52,703 bases of DNA, taken from a virus. The translations under genes were made by a program, and so were the position numbers. The notes under the pieces were generated by a model. That model searched no databases. It saw only the letters and a program-made list of their open reading frames with translations, and was not told where the DNA came from. Location of the stretch: the IMG/VR virus record IMGVR_UViG_3300024265_000064. The stretch is one strand, 5' to 3'. Below are positions 17,623 through 24,567 of this stretch, piece after piece (the first letter of the stretch is position 1; every line of letters begins with the position of its first letter).

Positions 17623-17694
17623 ACCTCGTTAGCTCAATGGCAGAGTGTGCGGCCGATAACCGCACGACGATCAGTTCGATTCTGACACGAGGTA
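17623..17694 (+). tRNA. tRNA-Ile(GAT), CCA encoded
   Basis: Acceptor ACCTCGT/ACGAGGT, anticodon arm TGCGG-CCGATAA-CCGCA, TTCGATT T-loop. Confidence 0.7.
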
Positions 17695-17703
17695 CCAAGT
17701 TTT

Positions 17704-17831
17704 TGGGGAGTAGCCGATTGGATAGGCAGCCGCTTTATATGTGGTGTTAACACCTAGAAGTCCAGCAATTGGACTGGCGCGAAGTTTTTAAAGGGCTTCA
17801 GGTTATGCGGGTTCGAATCCCGTCTCCCCCA
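17704..17831 (+). ncRNA. tRNA-like RNA with about 60-nt insertion between anticodon arm and T-arm (possible intron-containing tRNA, anticodon TAT)
   Basis: 5' TGGGGAG + D-arm + GCCGC-TTTATAT-GTGGT; then hairpins GGTGTTAACACC, GTCCA-GCAAT-TGGAC, GAAG..CTTC; then GCGGG-TTCGAAT-CCCGT + CTCCCCC-A-CCA. Confidence 0.35.
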
Positions 17832-17839
17832 CCAGTTTT

Positions 17840-17912
17840 GTCCTCATAGCTTAACCGGAAAAGCGCCACCGTGACATGGTGGAGAATGTTGGCTCGAATC
17901 CATCTGAGGATA
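17840..17912 (+). tRNA. tRNA-Val(GAC), CCA encoded
   Basis: D-arm GCTT-AACCGGAA-AAGC, anticodon arm CCACC-GTGACAT-GGTGG. Confidence 0.65.
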
Positions 17913-17917
17913 CCAAA

Positions 17918-18005
17918 GGGGTGTGCGTTGGTTCGAATCCAACCAATTCTGATGATGTTCGGCCATGACCGACGAGGAATTGTAGCTCAGCGGCAGAGCC
18001 ACCTC
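17918..18005 (+). tRNA. candidate permuted tRNA: 3' half 17918-17951 upstream of 5' half 17976-18005
   Basis: 3' half GGGGT + GTGC + GTTGG-TTCGAAT-CCAAC + CAATTCT-G; 5' half GGAATTG (pairs CAATTCT) + D-arm GCTC-AGCGGCA-GAGC + ACCTC (pairs GGGGT); the spacer forms hairpin TCGG-CCATGA-CCGA. Confidence 0.35.
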
Positions 18006-18103
18006 AAGTTTATGGGAAACGCAGGTTCAAATCCTACTGCCTTTCAACTTACGGATGCATACGTAGGGAGGTATCGTCTAGTCTGGCCTAGGACGCCCAT
18101 CGT

Positions 18104-18703
18104 TTATAGTTTGTAGCCATAGGATTCTGCGAGCTTTATTGCATCCGGATCTTTTAACTGCTTAGGTCCTTTATAATGACCCGAGTTTATTTTTCGATTG
18201 ATTGATTCAAGTTCTTTTTTTATTTTGTCTTCTGGCACTTTGATTTTGATGATGTCAAGCAAGTTGTAAATTTCGAAATCTATATCTTCAACTTTCCATC
18301 TATACACTGCACGTTCAGCAATGATATTGTTGATGTCTACCCAAAATCTTTCGTATATCAGCTGTCTTCTTTCTGATCCCCTAATGACATATCTTTCGGG
18401 TTTATTTGTGGTTCGAGAAGCATGTGCTTTATCTTTACCAGATTCTAATATAGTCCAGTGCATCATTGATTTGATAACTTCTGGAGGATAACGAACTTGG
18501 TGCAACACAATGACATCTTCTGGAAGAACATCAAAGTGTTGGACAGAAAGCCAGCTAGATTCACCAACAACACCTTCTCCCCACGCAGCGATATCATAAT
18601 TATAGATTTGCTCCCAACCACATTTAATTCCTAAGTTGCTTAAGAGGTCAGCAATGAATTTAGTTCCAGATCTCGGACAACCAGTAATAAGAAATCGTTG
18701 CAT
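18104..18703 (-). CDS. sulfotransferase-family (PAPS-binding-loop-like) protein; only credible minus-strand gene
   Basis: N-terminal ITGCPRSGTKF resembles the sulfotransferase 5'-PSB loop PKSGTTW; sits in a gap of the tRNA island. Confidence 0.45.
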   Translation of the reverse strand: MQRFLITGCPRSGTKFIADLLSNLGIKCGWEQIYNYDIAAWGEGVVGESSWLSVQHFDVLPEDVIVLHQVRYPPEVIKSMMHWTILESGKDKAHASRTTNKPERYVIRGSERRQLIYERFWVDINNIIAERAVYRWKVEDIDFEIYNLLDIIKIKVPEDKIKKELESINRKINSGHYKGPKQLKDPDAIKLAESYGYKL

Positions 18704-18740
18704 AGAATAAATATGCTAGCAAAGTGAAATGTTATAATTT

Positions 18741-18811
18741 GCCGCCTTCGTCTAATGGCAGGGCCTAGTCTTTACACGGCTGTGGCGGGAGTTCGATTCT
18801 CTCAGGCGGTA
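18741..18811 (+). tRNA. tRNA-Val(TAC)
   Basis: Acceptor GCCGCCT/AGGCGGT, anticodon arm TAGTC-TTTACAC-GGCTG, T-arm GGGAG-TTCGATT-CTCTC. Confidence 0.7.
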
Positions 18812-18830
18812 CCGTCTTCAAAGTCTGGTT

Positions 18831-18908
18831 GATCGCCAGGTATAGGAGATGCTTAGCAGGCTCGACTCCGAATCGAGGGATCCTGTTAGTGGGACTTTGC
18901 TGGCGGTC
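18831..18908 (+). ncRNA. atypical tRNA-like element (anticodon arm CTCGA-CTCCGAA-TCGAG, CCG) lacking a canonical T-loop
   Basis: Acceptor GATCGCC/GGCGGTC pairs; no TTCRA T-loop. Confidence 0.25.
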
Positions 18909-18916
18909 CCATGTTT

Positions 18917-18985
18917 GCCCTCAGCCACTGGATGGAACTTCCGGCTACGAACCGGAATGGAGAGGTTCGAGTCCTCTTGAGGGTA
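18917..18985 (+). tRNA. tRNA-Arg(ACG), CCA encoded
   Basis: Anticodon arm TCCGG-CTACGAA-CCGGA, T-arm AGAGG-TTCGAGT-CCTCT. Confidence 0.7.
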
Positions 18986-19096
18986 CCAACGGGGAGTTTT
19001 CTAGAAACAAACCGGACTGAGACGCTGGAATACCAGTAGGTCTGATTGATCAGTTATAATCTCCTTGGTTAGGGAGTCCTTTAATCTCAGTTATCT

Positions 19097-19170
19097 GCCC
19101 CGATACTCCAATTGGAAGAGAGACACGCCTGAGACGCGTGACAGTGTGAGTTCGAATCTCACTCGGGGCA
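19097..19170 (+). tRNA. tRNA with anticodon GAG (reads Leu codons CUC/CUU), class I architecture, CCA encoded
   Basis: Acceptor GCCCCGA/TCGGGGC, anticodon arm CACGC-CTGAGAC-GCGTG, T-arm GTGAG-TTCGAAT-CTCAC, A73. Confidence 0.65.
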
Positions 19171-19203
19171 CCAGCATCGTTGGATCACAAATCCAACAGC
19201 TAT

Positions 19204-19276
19204 ACCGCCGTACTCCAACGGCAGAGAGAGCGCGCTTAGAACGCGTAAAGTGGTGGTTCGAATCCACTCGGCGGTA
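19204..19276 (+). tRNA. tRNA with anticodon TAG (reads Leu codons CUA/CUG), class I architecture, CCA encoded
   Basis: Acceptor ACCGCCG/CGGCGGT, anticodon arm GCGCG-CTTAGAA-CGCGT, T-arm GGTGG-TTCGAAT-CCACT, A73. Confidence 0.65.
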
Positions 19277-19391
19277 CCAGACTATTGTATTAGAGACCGG
19301 GCACTAGCGTTAAGCAGATACAGCGGTCGGTGTAAATCGATCTTGACTTTTACAATGGTGGGCCTTTTTAGTTTCACATTGGTTCTTGATT

Positions 19392-19400
19392 TGATATAAT
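19392..19400 (+). promoter_or_regulatory. extended -10 promoter TGATATAAT
   Basis: Upstream of 19435. Confidence 0.45.
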
Positions 19401-19434
19401 AAGAGAGTATAACAGGGTCACGAAAGGACCAAGA

Positions 19435-19848
19435 ATGAAAAAGTTTATCGGGTTTACGATTGTAATTTTTGCGATTTGTCTCATTACCTCATCGTGTGGA
19501 TCTGGTGGACCTGATCCTGTAGAAAATGGTGTGACGTGCGAGCTAAGTGAAGAATGTGTATCTGGAAACTGTGTAACAGAATTTCAGGATGAGACAGAAG
19601 TTGCCGGTGGTTTTTGTACTGATGAATGTGCGTGGCTCACCACCGACGGCGAAGAATGTGAAGCTGGTTTGGATTGTCTAGTAGACTCCTGTCCAGATAC
19701 AGAACTTTGTCTCAGGTATAATCCGACCGGTGAAAAAGTTTGTTTTCAAAAATGTACTGCTAATGAAGACTGTAGGGTTAATGAAGGTTGGGAATGTGTC
19801 TGTCTAGACTTCTTCTGTGATGCTCAGGCCTGCGTTCCACCTCTATAG
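19435..19848 (+). CDS. secreted cysteine-rich protein, possibly a lipoprotein
   Basis: Signal peptide MKKFIGFTIVIFAICLITSSC; 20 Cys in 137 aa. Confidence 0.55.
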   Translation: MKKFIGFTIVIFAICLITSSCGSGGPDPVENGVTCELSEECVSGNCVTEFQDETEVAGGFCTDECAWLTTDGEECEAGLDCLVDSCPDTELCLRYNPTGEKVCFQKCTANEDCRVNEGWECVCLDFFCDAQACVPPL

Positions 19849-19854
19849 AAAGTC

Positions 19855-19880
19855 AGACGTTAGTCGTGCGTCTTTAAATT
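19855..19880 (+). terminator. weak rho-independent terminator
   Basis: Hairpin AGACG...CGTCT followed by TTTAAATT. Confidence 0.35.
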
Positions 19881-19959
19881 AAGTCGATCCGCCGGTAGGT
19901 GAATAAACAAGAGTCGGTATACCGGTAACGCCGATCGTACGGGTGGAAGGCCTGATCTA

Positions 19960-20040
19960 GGGAGTGCTGAGCATTGGCGAGCTCACCTGGCTGTAAACCA
20001 GACGCTTCGGCTGTTGGTGGTTCAACTCCACCGGCTCCCA
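19960..20040 (+). tRNA. tRNA-Tyr(GTA), class II
   Basis: D-arm GAGC-ATTGGCGA-GCTC, anticodon loop CTGTAAA, variable hairpin with TTCG loop, T-arm GGTGG-TTCAACT-CCACC. Confidence 0.65.
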
Positions 20041-20044
20041 CCGA

Positions 20045-20374
20045 ATGAAAAGGAATATCATGAAACTACACAGCTCAAGTAAAAATTCAGTCCTAGCAGA
20101 ATTCGAAGATGGTATCGACTATAAGCATAATTTATGTTTTAGCACACCACTGTATCACCACGAATTTGTCTGCACGGATGAAGCTCTTCAGACTATCGAG
20201 TCCTGGTATTGGAATAATGTCAGAAGCGATAAAGATGAGTTGATCGAACCAGAATTTAATTTCGATGCTTGTTATGACATTCCTGGTATGATGTATGTAA
20301 GTGCTTGGAGTGATGGGTTCGATAAAGAAGACGGTGAAATTATCGGAACAACATACGGAAGAATCTGTTTGTAG
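20045..20374 (+). CDS. hypothetical protein (109 aa)
   Basis: ORF between tRNAs. Confidence 0.45.
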   Translation: MKRNIMKLHSSSKNSVLAEFEDGIDYKHNLCFSTPLYHHEFVCTDEALQTIESWYWNNVRSDKDELIEPEFNFDACYDIPGMMYVSAWSDGFDKEDGEIIGTTYGRICL

Positions 20375-20381
20375 ATACTCA

Positions 20382-20455
20382 GGGCCCTTAGCTTAGCGGT
20401 CTAAAGCTCTCGGCTCATAACCGAGTCATCCTAGGTTCGAATCCTAGAGGGCCCA
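20382..20455 (+). tRNA. tRNA-Met/Ile(CAT) with three G:C pairs closing the anticodon stem
   Basis: Perfect acceptor GGGCCCT/AGGGCCC, anticodon arm CTCGG-CTCATAA-CCGAG, T-arm CTAGG-TTCGAAT-CCTAG. Confidence 0.75.
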
Positions 20456-20465
20456 CAAAGTAAAT

Positions 20466-20537
20466 AGGCCAGTAGCTCAATGGTAGAGCGCATGCCTTAT
20501 AAGCGTGTGATTTAGGGTTCGATTCCCTTCTGGCCTA
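20466..20537 (+). tRNA. tRNA-Ile(TAT)
   Basis: Perfect acceptor AGGCCAG/CTGGCCT, D-arm GCTC-AATGGTA-GAGC, anticodon arm CATGC-CTTATAA-GCGTG. Confidence 0.7.
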
Positions 20538-20549
20538 CTAATTTTTATT

Positions 20550-20624
20550 GCCTCCGTGGTGTTTAATGTGCAGCATACCAGACTTTTAATCTGTGCGGTG
20601 AAGGTTCGAATCCTTCCGGGGGTA
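20550..20624 (+). tRNA. tRNA-Lys(TTT), CCA encoded
   Basis: Anticodon loop CTTTTAA, T-arm GAAGG-TTCGAAT-CCTTC. Confidence 0.6.
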
Positions 20625-20632
20625 CCAATTTC

Positions 20633-20704
20633 GGCGTGGTAGGATAACGGTAGTCTCCGAGACTTTCAATCTTGGTTGTGCGAGTTCGACTCTCGTCCAC
20701 GTCA
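20633..20704 (+). tRNA. tRNA-Glu(TTC), CCA encoded
   Basis: Anticodon arm CGAGA-CTTTCAA-TCTTG, T-arm GCGAG-TTCGACT-CTCGT. Confidence 0.65.
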
Positions 20705-20800
20705 CCAAACAGTGGGTGCCCGTCCGTCACCCAGTAGCAGTATACTGCAGCTCTCTACAAAGTGAGATAAGCTAGCTAAAGTCGAACAACGGGCAAATTT

Positions 20801-20871
20801 CGCATCGTAGCATAAGGTAGTGCACCACACTGTCAATGTGGAAGGCGAGGGTTCAAATCCCTTCGGTGCGA
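20801..20871 (+). tRNA. tRNA-Asp(GTC), CCA encoded
   Basis: Anticodon arm CCACA-CTGTCAA-TGTGG, T-arm GAGGG-TTCAAAT-CCCTT. Confidence 0.75.
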
Positions 20872-20878
20872 CCAATTT

Positions 20879-20951
20879 CCCACTCTTGCAGAGATGGTCA
20901 ATGCGCTCGGTTGAAGCCCGAGAGATTGTGGTTCGAGTCCACAGGGTGGGA
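20879..20951 (+). tRNA. tRNA-Phe(GAA)
   Basis: Anticodon arm CTCGG-TTGAAGC-CCGAG, T-arm TGTGG-TTCGAGT-CCACA. Confidence 0.75.
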
Positions 20952-20986
20952 CTAATCTTTCTTTTGTTTACATATGAGTGTGAGAG

Positions 20987-21000
20987 TGGTATTATATAAT
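20987..21000 (+). promoter_or_regulatory. promoter -10 region (TGGTATTAT/TATAAT) inside inverted repeat GAGTGTG...CACACTC (20966-21008)
   Basis: The -10 hexamers lie in the loop of a 7-bp inverted repeat, upstream of CDS 21029. Confidence 0.4.
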
Positions 21001-21028
21001 TCACACTCTCAATTGAAACGGAGAAAAC

Positions 21029-22051
21029 ATGCAAAAGTATGGAAATATCGATGGCGCACTTAGTAAACTTCAAGAATATGATTCTAATATTTTTACCCAA
21101 GCGGTAGATGTTGGAAAGCTAACATTTACAGACAGTGAAGATCACGGGATGCTTGTGACAGAGGATGACAAGCGTCTCTCTCTCACGAAAGCTAGCGTCA
21201 CTTCGTTGGCAAGATTTATCAAGCTGCCTGCTGGTTACATCCGGACAGCATCTTCAACACTTGTCAATAAATCGCTCAGGGAGTTCGGTGAACAGCTTCA
21301 AAATCCAATCGGTCAAGCTATTATTCATCAGAACCCTGTCGACGGTAGGTTCACTCTTCGTGGCGTTATCGCTGAAGGAAAGAAATTCCGCGCCAATGCT
21401 CTTATGTTGGAGAATGTAAAACGCATTTTCAACGACGATGTAAAGATTGAACATGCTCCGTGGTCAGTTAGTGATCATCCAGCGTTCTTCCGCACTCGCC
21501 TCATTTGGCCAGATACTGGAATTGAAGTTGATGGCTCACCGATCATGATGGGCATGGATCTGTTGAACTCTGATGTTGAACATGTCCAAGAGCAGATCAA
21601 TCTCTTGCTTTACCGTCAGATCTGCACGAATGGAATGATTGCGCAGTATGGTGGTCGACCGTATTTCTACATGGACAACAAAAAGTCCGCAATCTTCGAT
21701 TATGAAGCTGTCATCAAGTCAGTATCTAATCGAGTTGGTGATGATGCAAAGCAGTGTTATGAAAATGTAAGAACTGCACAGACAGATCGCATGACTGCGT
21801 CTGATGCTCTCGACAGGCTCGTAGAACTTGAAAAACAAAAGAAATTGCCTAAGTCCTTTGTTGTAAAGACGATGACTGCAATTAGTGAAGATCTCTCGTT
21901 CAAGAGTCGTTGGGACCTGGTAAACGCCATCACCGCTCAGGCAAGGAAGTATAAAGACGAAGCACGTCTTCGTTATGAAATCGTTGGTGGTAATGTTCTT
22001 GGTCTTTCATTCAAGGCCGAGAAAAAGAAAGTAGAAACTGTAAAAGCTTAG
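21029..22051 (+). CDS. hypothetical protein (340 aa)
   Basis: ORF with own promoter; no motif recognised. Confidence 0.5.
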   Translation: MQKYGNIDGALSKLQEYDSNIFTQAVDVGKLTFTDSEDHGMLVTEDDKRLSLTKASVTSLARFIKLPAGYIRTASSTLVNKSLREFGEQLQNPIGQAIIHQNPVDGRFTLRGVIAEGKKFRANALMLENVKRIFNDDVKIEHAPWSVSDHPAFFRTRLIWPDTGIEVDGSPIMMGMDLLNSDVEHVQEQINLLLYRQICTNGMIAQYGGRPYFYMDNKKSAIFDYEAVIKSVSNRVGDDAKQCYENVRTAQTDRMTASDALDRLVELEKQKKLPKSFVVKTMTAISEDLSFKSRWDLVNAITAQARKYKDEARLRYEIVGGNVLGLSFKAEKKKVETVKA

Positions 22052-22104
22052 ATTAGTTTTCCCGACCCGACGGGAAGGAGAGGTTAAAATCCTCATCGGG
22101 ATAT

Positions 22105-22178
22105 CCCTCCTTGGTGGCAATGTGCAACATACCGGGCTCTTAACCCGTGAGATCTAGGTTCAAATCCTAGAGGGGGGA
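22105..22178 (+). tRNA. tRNA-Lys(CTT), CCA encoded
   Basis: Acceptor CCCTCCT/AGGGGGG, anticodon loop CTCTTAA, T-arm CTAGG-TTCAAAT-CCTAG; preceded by a minihelix/T-arm fragment at 22066-22108. Confidence 0.65.
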
Positions 22179-22200
22179 CCAATTTTTTGAAAGGAAAATC

Positions 22201-22491
22201 ATGTTTAAAGATCAATTTGGAAATGTTTTGACTATTGGTGATGTCGTAGTTTATGCAAAAGGATATTCTACAAAAGTTGCAACAATTGCAAAAATTACAA
22301 AGATGGTTCTAAGAGAAGATAGTCGTTGGGAACGCTCATACATGTCAGTTCGACCTCTTGAAAAGCAATACCAATATGCAACGAAGACATATAAAACCGG
22401 TTTAGGATATGCGCGCGGGCTGCAGCGGCCAGAGCGAGTTATCAAAGTTGATCCTGCTCTTCTTGAACAAGCATTAACAAAAACTTTCTAA
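22201..22491 (+). CDS. hypothetical protein (96 aa)
   Basis: ORF with SD AAAGGAAA. Confidence 0.45.
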   Translation: MFKDQFGNVLTIGDVVVYAKGYSTKVATIAKITKMVLREDSRWERSYMSVRPLEKQYQYATKTYKTGLGYARGLQRPERVIKVDPALLEQALTKTF

Positions 22492-22496
22492 GTTTT

Positions 22497-22569
22497 GCCA
22501 TCGTGGCTCGAAAGGATAGGCGCCGGATTTCTACTCCGGTTTATGGGGGTTCGAATCCTCTCGATGGTA
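22497..22569 (+). tRNA. tRNA-Arg(TCT)
   Basis: Acceptor GCCATCG/CGATGGT, anticodon arm CCGGA-TTTCTAC-TCCGG, T-arm GGGGG-TTCGAAT-CCTCT. Confidence 0.75.
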
Positions 22570-22583
22570 CTCATACTTATATC

Positions 22584-23054
22584 GTGAAGCGTCAGAAAAA
22601 GAAGTGGTCCTGCGGCGCTGCCGTCGTAAGAAATACTTTCCGAGTATTTGGAGTGCGAGTCGCAGAACACGAAATTAGAGCATGTGCTGGAACTCACCAA
22701 GATTATGGAACGTCAGAAGTAGGAATCTTGAAAGCTCTCAGAGCTTGGGGATTCCATCCGAAACAGCACTCCTTCGATGATAAGCAGAAAGCAACAGAGT
22801 GGCTCCACGAGACTCTGGCGAACGGCCAGCCGGTTATATTAGCCGTAGAGAATTGGGAGCATTGGATTCTCGCAATTGGCAGTCTAGGAACTTCTGGGAT
22901 TGCTATCTTCGATTCCTCGAATTTCAAAGTCAACTTATATGAGAACGGCACACACGTATGGAATGACAAGAAACTCATACATATGTGGTGGAACGATAGA
23001 AAGTCAATAACGGTAGATCAAAAGAGAATTTATGCGATCAGCGTTAGAAAATAA
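22584..23054 (+). CDS. papain-like cysteine peptidase (C39-like domain); GTG start placed downstream of the tRNA
   Basis: WSCGAAVVRN (Cys) ... EHWILAIG (His) spacing typical of C39/peptidase_C39-like; the upstream part of track ORF 22503 overlaps tRNA-Arg. Confidence 0.5.
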   Translation: MKRQKKKWSCGAAVVRNTFRVFGVRVAEHEIRACAGTHQDYGTSEVGILKALRAWGFHPKQHSFDDKQKATEWLHETLANGQPVILAVENWEHWILAIGSLGTSGIAIFDSSNFKVNLYENGTHVWNDKKLIHMWWNDRKSITVDQKRIYAISVRK

Positions 23055-23122
23055 GTCGAGCAATCTGAGATTAGGCGAGATTCCAAACCTTGCTAGCGTG
23101 GGTTTGATTCCCCGGTTCGGCG
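23055..23122 (+). ncRNA. atypical tRNA-like element with 9-nt anticodon-like loop (GCGAG-ATTCCAAAC-CTTGC), CCA encoded
   Basis: Acceptor GTCGAGC/GTTCGGC (two G-U), T-loop TTTGATT, GCCA 3' end; 67 nt. Confidence 0.25.
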
Positions 23123-23127
23123 CCAAT

Positions 23128-23200
23128 GGCTCCGTAGTCTAGAGGATCAGGCACTTGATTCCTAATCAAGTTTACGAGGGTTCAAATCCTTCCGGAGTCA
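23128..23200 (+). tRNA. tRNA-Arg(CCT)
   Basis: Anticodon arm CTTGA-TTCCTAA-TCAAG, T-arm GAGGG-TTCAAAT-CCTTC. Confidence 0.75.
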
Positions 23201-23237
23201 CTTTTAGAAAAATCTACCATGTTTGCATACTTAATGC

Positions 23238-23909
23238 ATGAGAAAGCAAGCAGGTAGACGAAAATACCACTACATTTATAAAACAACATGTACTATAACG
23301 AATCGATATTACATTGGAATGCATTCTACAGATGATCTCGAAGATGGTTATCTAGGATCAGGAAAAAGACTTTGGTATTCAATTAAGAAATATGGAAAAG
23401 AGAATCATGTTCGAGAAATTGTAGAATTTTTTTCAGATCGAGAAAGTCTTAAAAAACAAGAAATACAGATCATAACAGAAGATTTGATCGACGATAAACT
23501 GTGCATGAATCTCAGAAAAGGCGGGAGCGGATTTGATAGTGAAGAAGCAAGTCGAATATCTGCTATGGGATGGAAGAATGGAAAAACAAGAGAAGCAAAT
23601 CGTCAAGTTTGGATTATTCAAAAAGAAAAAATGTTTAAAAACCTTGAAAAAGGTCGAACAAGTGAAGCTCAAAGAAAAAAACTTTTAAATAATCAAAATT
23701 GGTTAGGTAAGAAACATGAGCCAGAAACAATTGAAAAAATGAGACAGTCTGCAGTTGGAAAACATATGGGCGACAAGAATGGATCTTTTGGATCAAAATG
23801 GATCTTTAATGAAAGATTAAGACAATCCAAAAGAATTATGAAAGAAGAAATAGAGGTTTATCTTTCTCAAGGATGGAAGATTGGAAGAAAGCAATACAAT
23901 GGCGAGTAG
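23238..23909 (+). CDS. GIY-YIG homing endonuclease with NUMOD-like repeats (free-standing, Seg-like)
   Basis: HYIYKTTCTITNRYYIGMH GIY-YIG core; repeated NGK/LGKKH...G motifs in the C-terminal half. Confidence 0.8.
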   Translation: MRKQAGRRKYHYIYKTTCTITNRYYIGMHSTDDLEDGYLGSGKRLWYSIKKYGKENHVREIVEFFSDRESLKKQEIQIITEDLIDDKLCMNLRKGGSGFDSEEASRISAMGWKNGKTREANRQVWIIQKEKMFKNLEKGRTSEAQRKKLLNNQNWLGKKHEPETIEKMRQSAVGKHMGDKNGSFGSKWIFNERLRQSKRIMKEEIEVYLSQGWKIGRKQYNGE

Positions 23910-23971
23910 CACAATTGGCGGTGCAGTCGGCTCTGACCCGAAAGGTTGTAGGTTCAAATCCTACTTCGCCA
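23901..23971 (+). tRNA. tRNA-Gln(CTG) overlapping the endonuclease stop codon
   Basis: Acceptor GGCGAGT/CTTCGCC (one mismatch), D-arm CAC-AATTGGCG-GTG, anticodon arm TCGG-CTCTGAC-CCGA, T-arm GTAGG-TTCAAAT-CCTAC. Confidence 0.5.
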
Positions 23972-24008
23972 ACCGCGCTGGTATAACATAAGCTGAGAGG
24001 AAAAGCAA

Positions 24009-24218
24009 ATGAGTAGCATTGAAGTATTTGAATGTAACGCTGAAGCTATCGTCTGTGGAGAGACTTACGATGTTAAAATTGTGACTGGCCCAGATGACGA
24101 CAACTTATGCAAAGTTGATATACCTTTTGCCAGCGATTTTGTGGAAAGAGTCGCTGTGTTGAGATCAAATATCTTTCCAAGGGATGAAGTAGCAGTTTCT
24201 ATCTTAATGGGAGTTTAG
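24009..24218 (+). CDS. hypothetical protein (69 aa)
   Basis: ORF with SD GAGGAAAAG. Confidence 0.45.
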   Translation: MSSIEVFECNAEAIVCGETYDVKIVTGPDDDNLCKVDIPFASDFVERVAVLRSNIFPRDEVAVSILMGV

Positions 24219-24277
24219 CTTAGCTTAGCGTTGTTCGGGAGGTTCCGACGCTATATAAAAGAACAATCTCCCCACTA

Positions 24278-24350
24278 CGGGGTGTAAGTCAGTGGTCAGA
24301 CAACTCGTCTTGGACACGAGAGGTCAGCGGTTCGAATCCGCTCTCCCCGA
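24278..24350 (+). tRNA. tRNA-Pro(TGG)
   Basis: Anticodon arm CTCGT-CTTGGAC-ACGAG, T-arm AGCGG-TTCGAAT-CCGCT. Confidence 0.7.
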
Positions 24351-24403
24351 CCGGCAGTTTTGTTCTCTTCGGGTTCTGCCAAATATAAAAAACTCGGACT
24401 AAT

Positions 24404-24474
24404 GCGGATATGGTATAGTGGTATTATTCGACGTTGCCAACGTTGAGATTAGGGTTCGATTCCCTATGTCCGCA
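24404..24474 (+). tRNA. tRNA-Gly(GCC)
   Basis: Anticodon loop TTGCCAA, T-arm TAGGG-TTCGATT-CCCTA. Confidence 0.75.
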
Positions 24475-24567
24475 CCGAGACATGGCGAGCTTTGGCGGCG
24501 TAGCGTGGGATCTAGCGATGCCAGAACAAAGAGCTAGACGAAGTAACCACAACCATGTCTCAACTAA

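Noticed and set aside
17704-17834. Possible small tmRNA
   Set aside because: It has a 5' GGGG and a 3' T-arm with CTCCCCCACCA. But no plausible tag-peptide ORF with a resume codon and a hydrophobic C-terminus was found in any frame, and at about 130 nt it is far shorter than known tmRNAs.
20741-20752. Perfect 12-bp palindrome GCAGTATACTGC (and a GGGTG-N9-CACCC hairpin at 20711-20733) between tRNA-Glu and tRNA-Asp
   Set aside because: Probably processing or spacer structure or a restriction-like site. There is no flanking gene to regulate and no recurrence, so it was noted only.
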